Below are positions 33,916 through 36,691 of a stretch of 36,691 nt of DNA, one piece after another. The stretch is from Burkholderiales bacterium (GTDB lineage Bacteria > Pseudomonadota > Gammaproteobacteria > Burkholderiales > JAEUOS01): contig JANLTL010000498.1 of the NCBI GenBank assembly GCA_031362905.1, positions 1-36,691 on the forward strand, given 5' to 3'. A program made the position numbers and the translations under genes. Under the pieces are notes generated by a model, which was not told where the DNA came from, did not search any database, and saw only the letters and a program-made list of their open reading frames with translations. Each line of letters starts with the position of its first letter. The first letter of the stretch is position 1.

Positions 33916-36691
33916 GTGGCCCATTCCTCTCCTCTGCTCGACGCCAGTCTCAAGACCGGCGCACGCCCCAGTTTCGCGCTGCCTGAAGGTTCGGGCGACG
34001 CGCTGCTGCTCGCGCGTCTGGCGCGCCAGCGCGTCGAGAACAAGCTCGGCATGCTCGCCATCGTGTGCGCTGATCCGCACGACGCGGAGCGTTTGAAGGA
34101 CGAGATCAAGTGGTTTGCGCCCGAGTTGCGCGCGCATGTGCTGCCCGATTGGGAGACCCTGCCTTACGACGCGATTTCACCGCACCAGGATCTGGTGTCC
34201 GAGCGTCTTGAGACCCTGTATCTGATCGCGCGCGGTGAAGTCGATGTGCTGCTGGTGGCCGCCAGCACTGCGCTGCAGCGTCTGGCGCCGGCGCAATACA
34301 TCGTGGCGCGCACCTTCTTCATCAAGGTCGGTGACAAACTCGACGAAGCCGCGCTGCGCGCGCAATTTCACATGGCCGGTTACACCCACATGCAACAGGT
34401 GGTCAGCCCGGGTGAATGGACGGCACGCGGCAGCTTGATCGACTTGTTCCCCATGGGCAGTGCGGTGCCGTACCGCATCGACTTGTTTGGTGCGGACATC
34501 GAGTCGATCAAGACGTTTGATGTCGATACGCAGCGCTCGATTTATCCGGTGCGCGAGATTCGCCTGTTGCCGGGGCGCGAGTTTCCCCTCGATGAGGAAG
34601 CGCGCACCGCCTTTCGCGGGCGCTTTCGCGAGGTGTTTGAAGGCGACCCGTCGCGCTTCGCGATGTACAAGGACATGGCCAATGGCGTCGCGACGGCTGG
34701 TATCGAGTATTACCTGCCGCTGTTTTATGAGCAGACCGAGACGCTGTTCGACTACCTGCCTGCGAGTGCGCTGCTGATGACGCACGGGAGAGTGGATGAA
34801 GCGTTCACGGCGTTCTGGAAAGAGATCGAGGAGCGCTACCGGTTTTTGAAGGCCGACACGATCCGGCCCTTGTTTGCGCCGCATGCCATCTATCTCGATG
34901 GGCAATCGTTTTTTGTCGAGTCCGCTGCGTTCGCGGCGGCGACCCTGAAGGCCGCAGCGCCTGCGGCTGACGCGCCGCCGCGCTTGCCCTCGGTCGCAGT
35001 CAACCGCCGCGCCGACGACCCGGTCGCCGCGCTGCGCCACTTCATTGATGCCTTTGCCGGCCGCGTTCTGCTCGCCGCGGATTCCGCCGGACGGCGCGAA
35101 ACCATGCTGGAGTATTTGCGCAACGCCGGCGTCGAGCCGGTGCCGTGCGAGTCGTTTGCCGACTTCCTCACCGCTGCGACGCGCCTGATGATCACTGCGC
35201 ATCCGCTGGGGCGTGGTTTCATCGACAGCGAAGCCGGGCAATCGTTTGCGGTCATCACCGAGGCCGAACTGTATGCCGAGACCACGCGTGCGCGCACCCG
35301 CCGTGAGAAAAAGCGCGAGACCAACGTCGACGGCATGCTCAAGGATTTGTCCGAGCTCAAGGTCGGCGATCCGGTCGTGCATGCCCAACATGGCATCGGC
35401 CGTTACCTCGGCCTGGTCAACATGACCTGGGCGACGGCGTCACCGAGTTTCTGCATCTGCAGTACGCCGACGACGCAAAACTGTATGTGCCGGTGGCGGC
35501 GCTCTCCGTCATCAGCCGCTACTCGGGCGCCGGTGAAGACCAGGCGCCGTTGCACCGCCTCGGCAGCGGCCAGTGGGAAAAAGCCAAACGCAAGGCGGCG
35601 CTGCAGGTACGCGACACCGCTGCCGAGTTGCTCAACCTTTACGCGCGCCGCGCTGCGCGCCAGGGCCACGCCTTCAGTTTCAAAGAACACGATTACGACG
35701 CCTTCGCTGAAGGATTTGGTTTTGAAGAAACCGGCGATCAGGCCGCAGCGATCCGCAATGTCATCGAAGACATGCGCTCGGGCCGGCCGATGGACCGCCT
35801 GATCTGCGGCGATGTCGGTTTTGGCAAGACAGAAGTCGCGCTGCGTGCAGCCTTCGTCGCCGTCGCCGACGGCAAGCAGGTGGCCATCCTCGCGCCCACT
35901 ACCCTGCTGGCCGAACAGCACTTTCAGACCTTCAGTGACCGCTTTGCGCAAATTGGCCACACCTGGCCGGTAAAGATTGCCGAGCTGTCGCGTTTTCGCA
36001 GCGGCAAAGAGATCGCAGGAGCGCTCAAGGGCATCACTGACGGCAGTGTCGATATCGTGATCGGCACCCACAAGCTGCTCTCAAAAGAAACCCAATTCGC
36101 GCGCCTCGGTCTGGTCATCATTGACGAAGAGCACCGCTTCGGCGTGCGCCAGAAGGAAGCGCTCAAGGCGATGCGTGCCGAGGTCGACGTGCTGACCCTC
36201 ACCGCCACACCCATCCCGCGCACGCTGGCCATGAGCCTTGAGGGCCTGCGCGATTTTTCGATCATCGCCACCGCACCGCAAAAACGCCTTGCCATCAAAA
36301 CCTTTGTGCGGCGCGAGGGTGATTCGATCATTCGCGAGGCCGTGCTGCGCGAGCTCAAACGCGGCGGGCAGGTCTATTTTCTCTACAACGAGGTCGAAAC
36401 GATCCAGAACCAGTACGACCGCCTCACGCGCCTGCTGCCTGAGGCGCGCATCGAGATTGCACATGGCCAGATGCCCGAGCGCGATCTGGAGCGCGTGATG
36501 CGCGCGTTCTATCAGCAGCGCTTCAACGTGCTGCTGTGTACCACGATCATTGAAACCGGCATCGACGTGCCCTCCTCCAATACGATCCTGATCCACCGCG
36601 CCGACAAGTTCGGCCTCGCGCAGTTGCATCAACTGCGCGGGCGCGTCGGCCGCTCGCACCACCAAGCCTACGCCTACCTGCTGGTCAATCA
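33916..36691 (+). CDS. mfd: transcription-repair coupling factor; 1-nt frameshift near 35424; 3' truncated by window
   Basis: [33 protein letters not shown]; after the shift [39 protein letters not shown]; start codon uncertain. Confidence 0.97.

Overview
GC-rich betaproteobacterial (Burkholderiales-like; three solitary Bug/TctC genes) chromosomal segment. Left: tRNA-Arg(ACG), an intradiol dioxygenase, Bug, TPR and DUF2461 genes, an FHA/kinase-fold membrane protein with degenerate catalytic motifs, and ispF. Right: ispD, a hicB-hicA-like pair and mfd (1-nt frameshift, runs off the window). ispD and ispF, usually adjacent, are ~25 kb apart. The intervening block holds a 17-kb, 17-gene IclR-associated catabolic cluster (8490-25644), accessory genes, a degenerate attC-like site and an IS91 remnant. 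Main hypothesis (inference, untested): the cluster's enzyme set maps step for step onto the classical quinaldate -> kynurenate -> 2-oxoglutarate + aspartate pathway. A dispersed ~22-33 bp repeat family marks several transcription-unit ends and also occurs inside ispD. All family calls come from motif recognition by eye; no searches were run.
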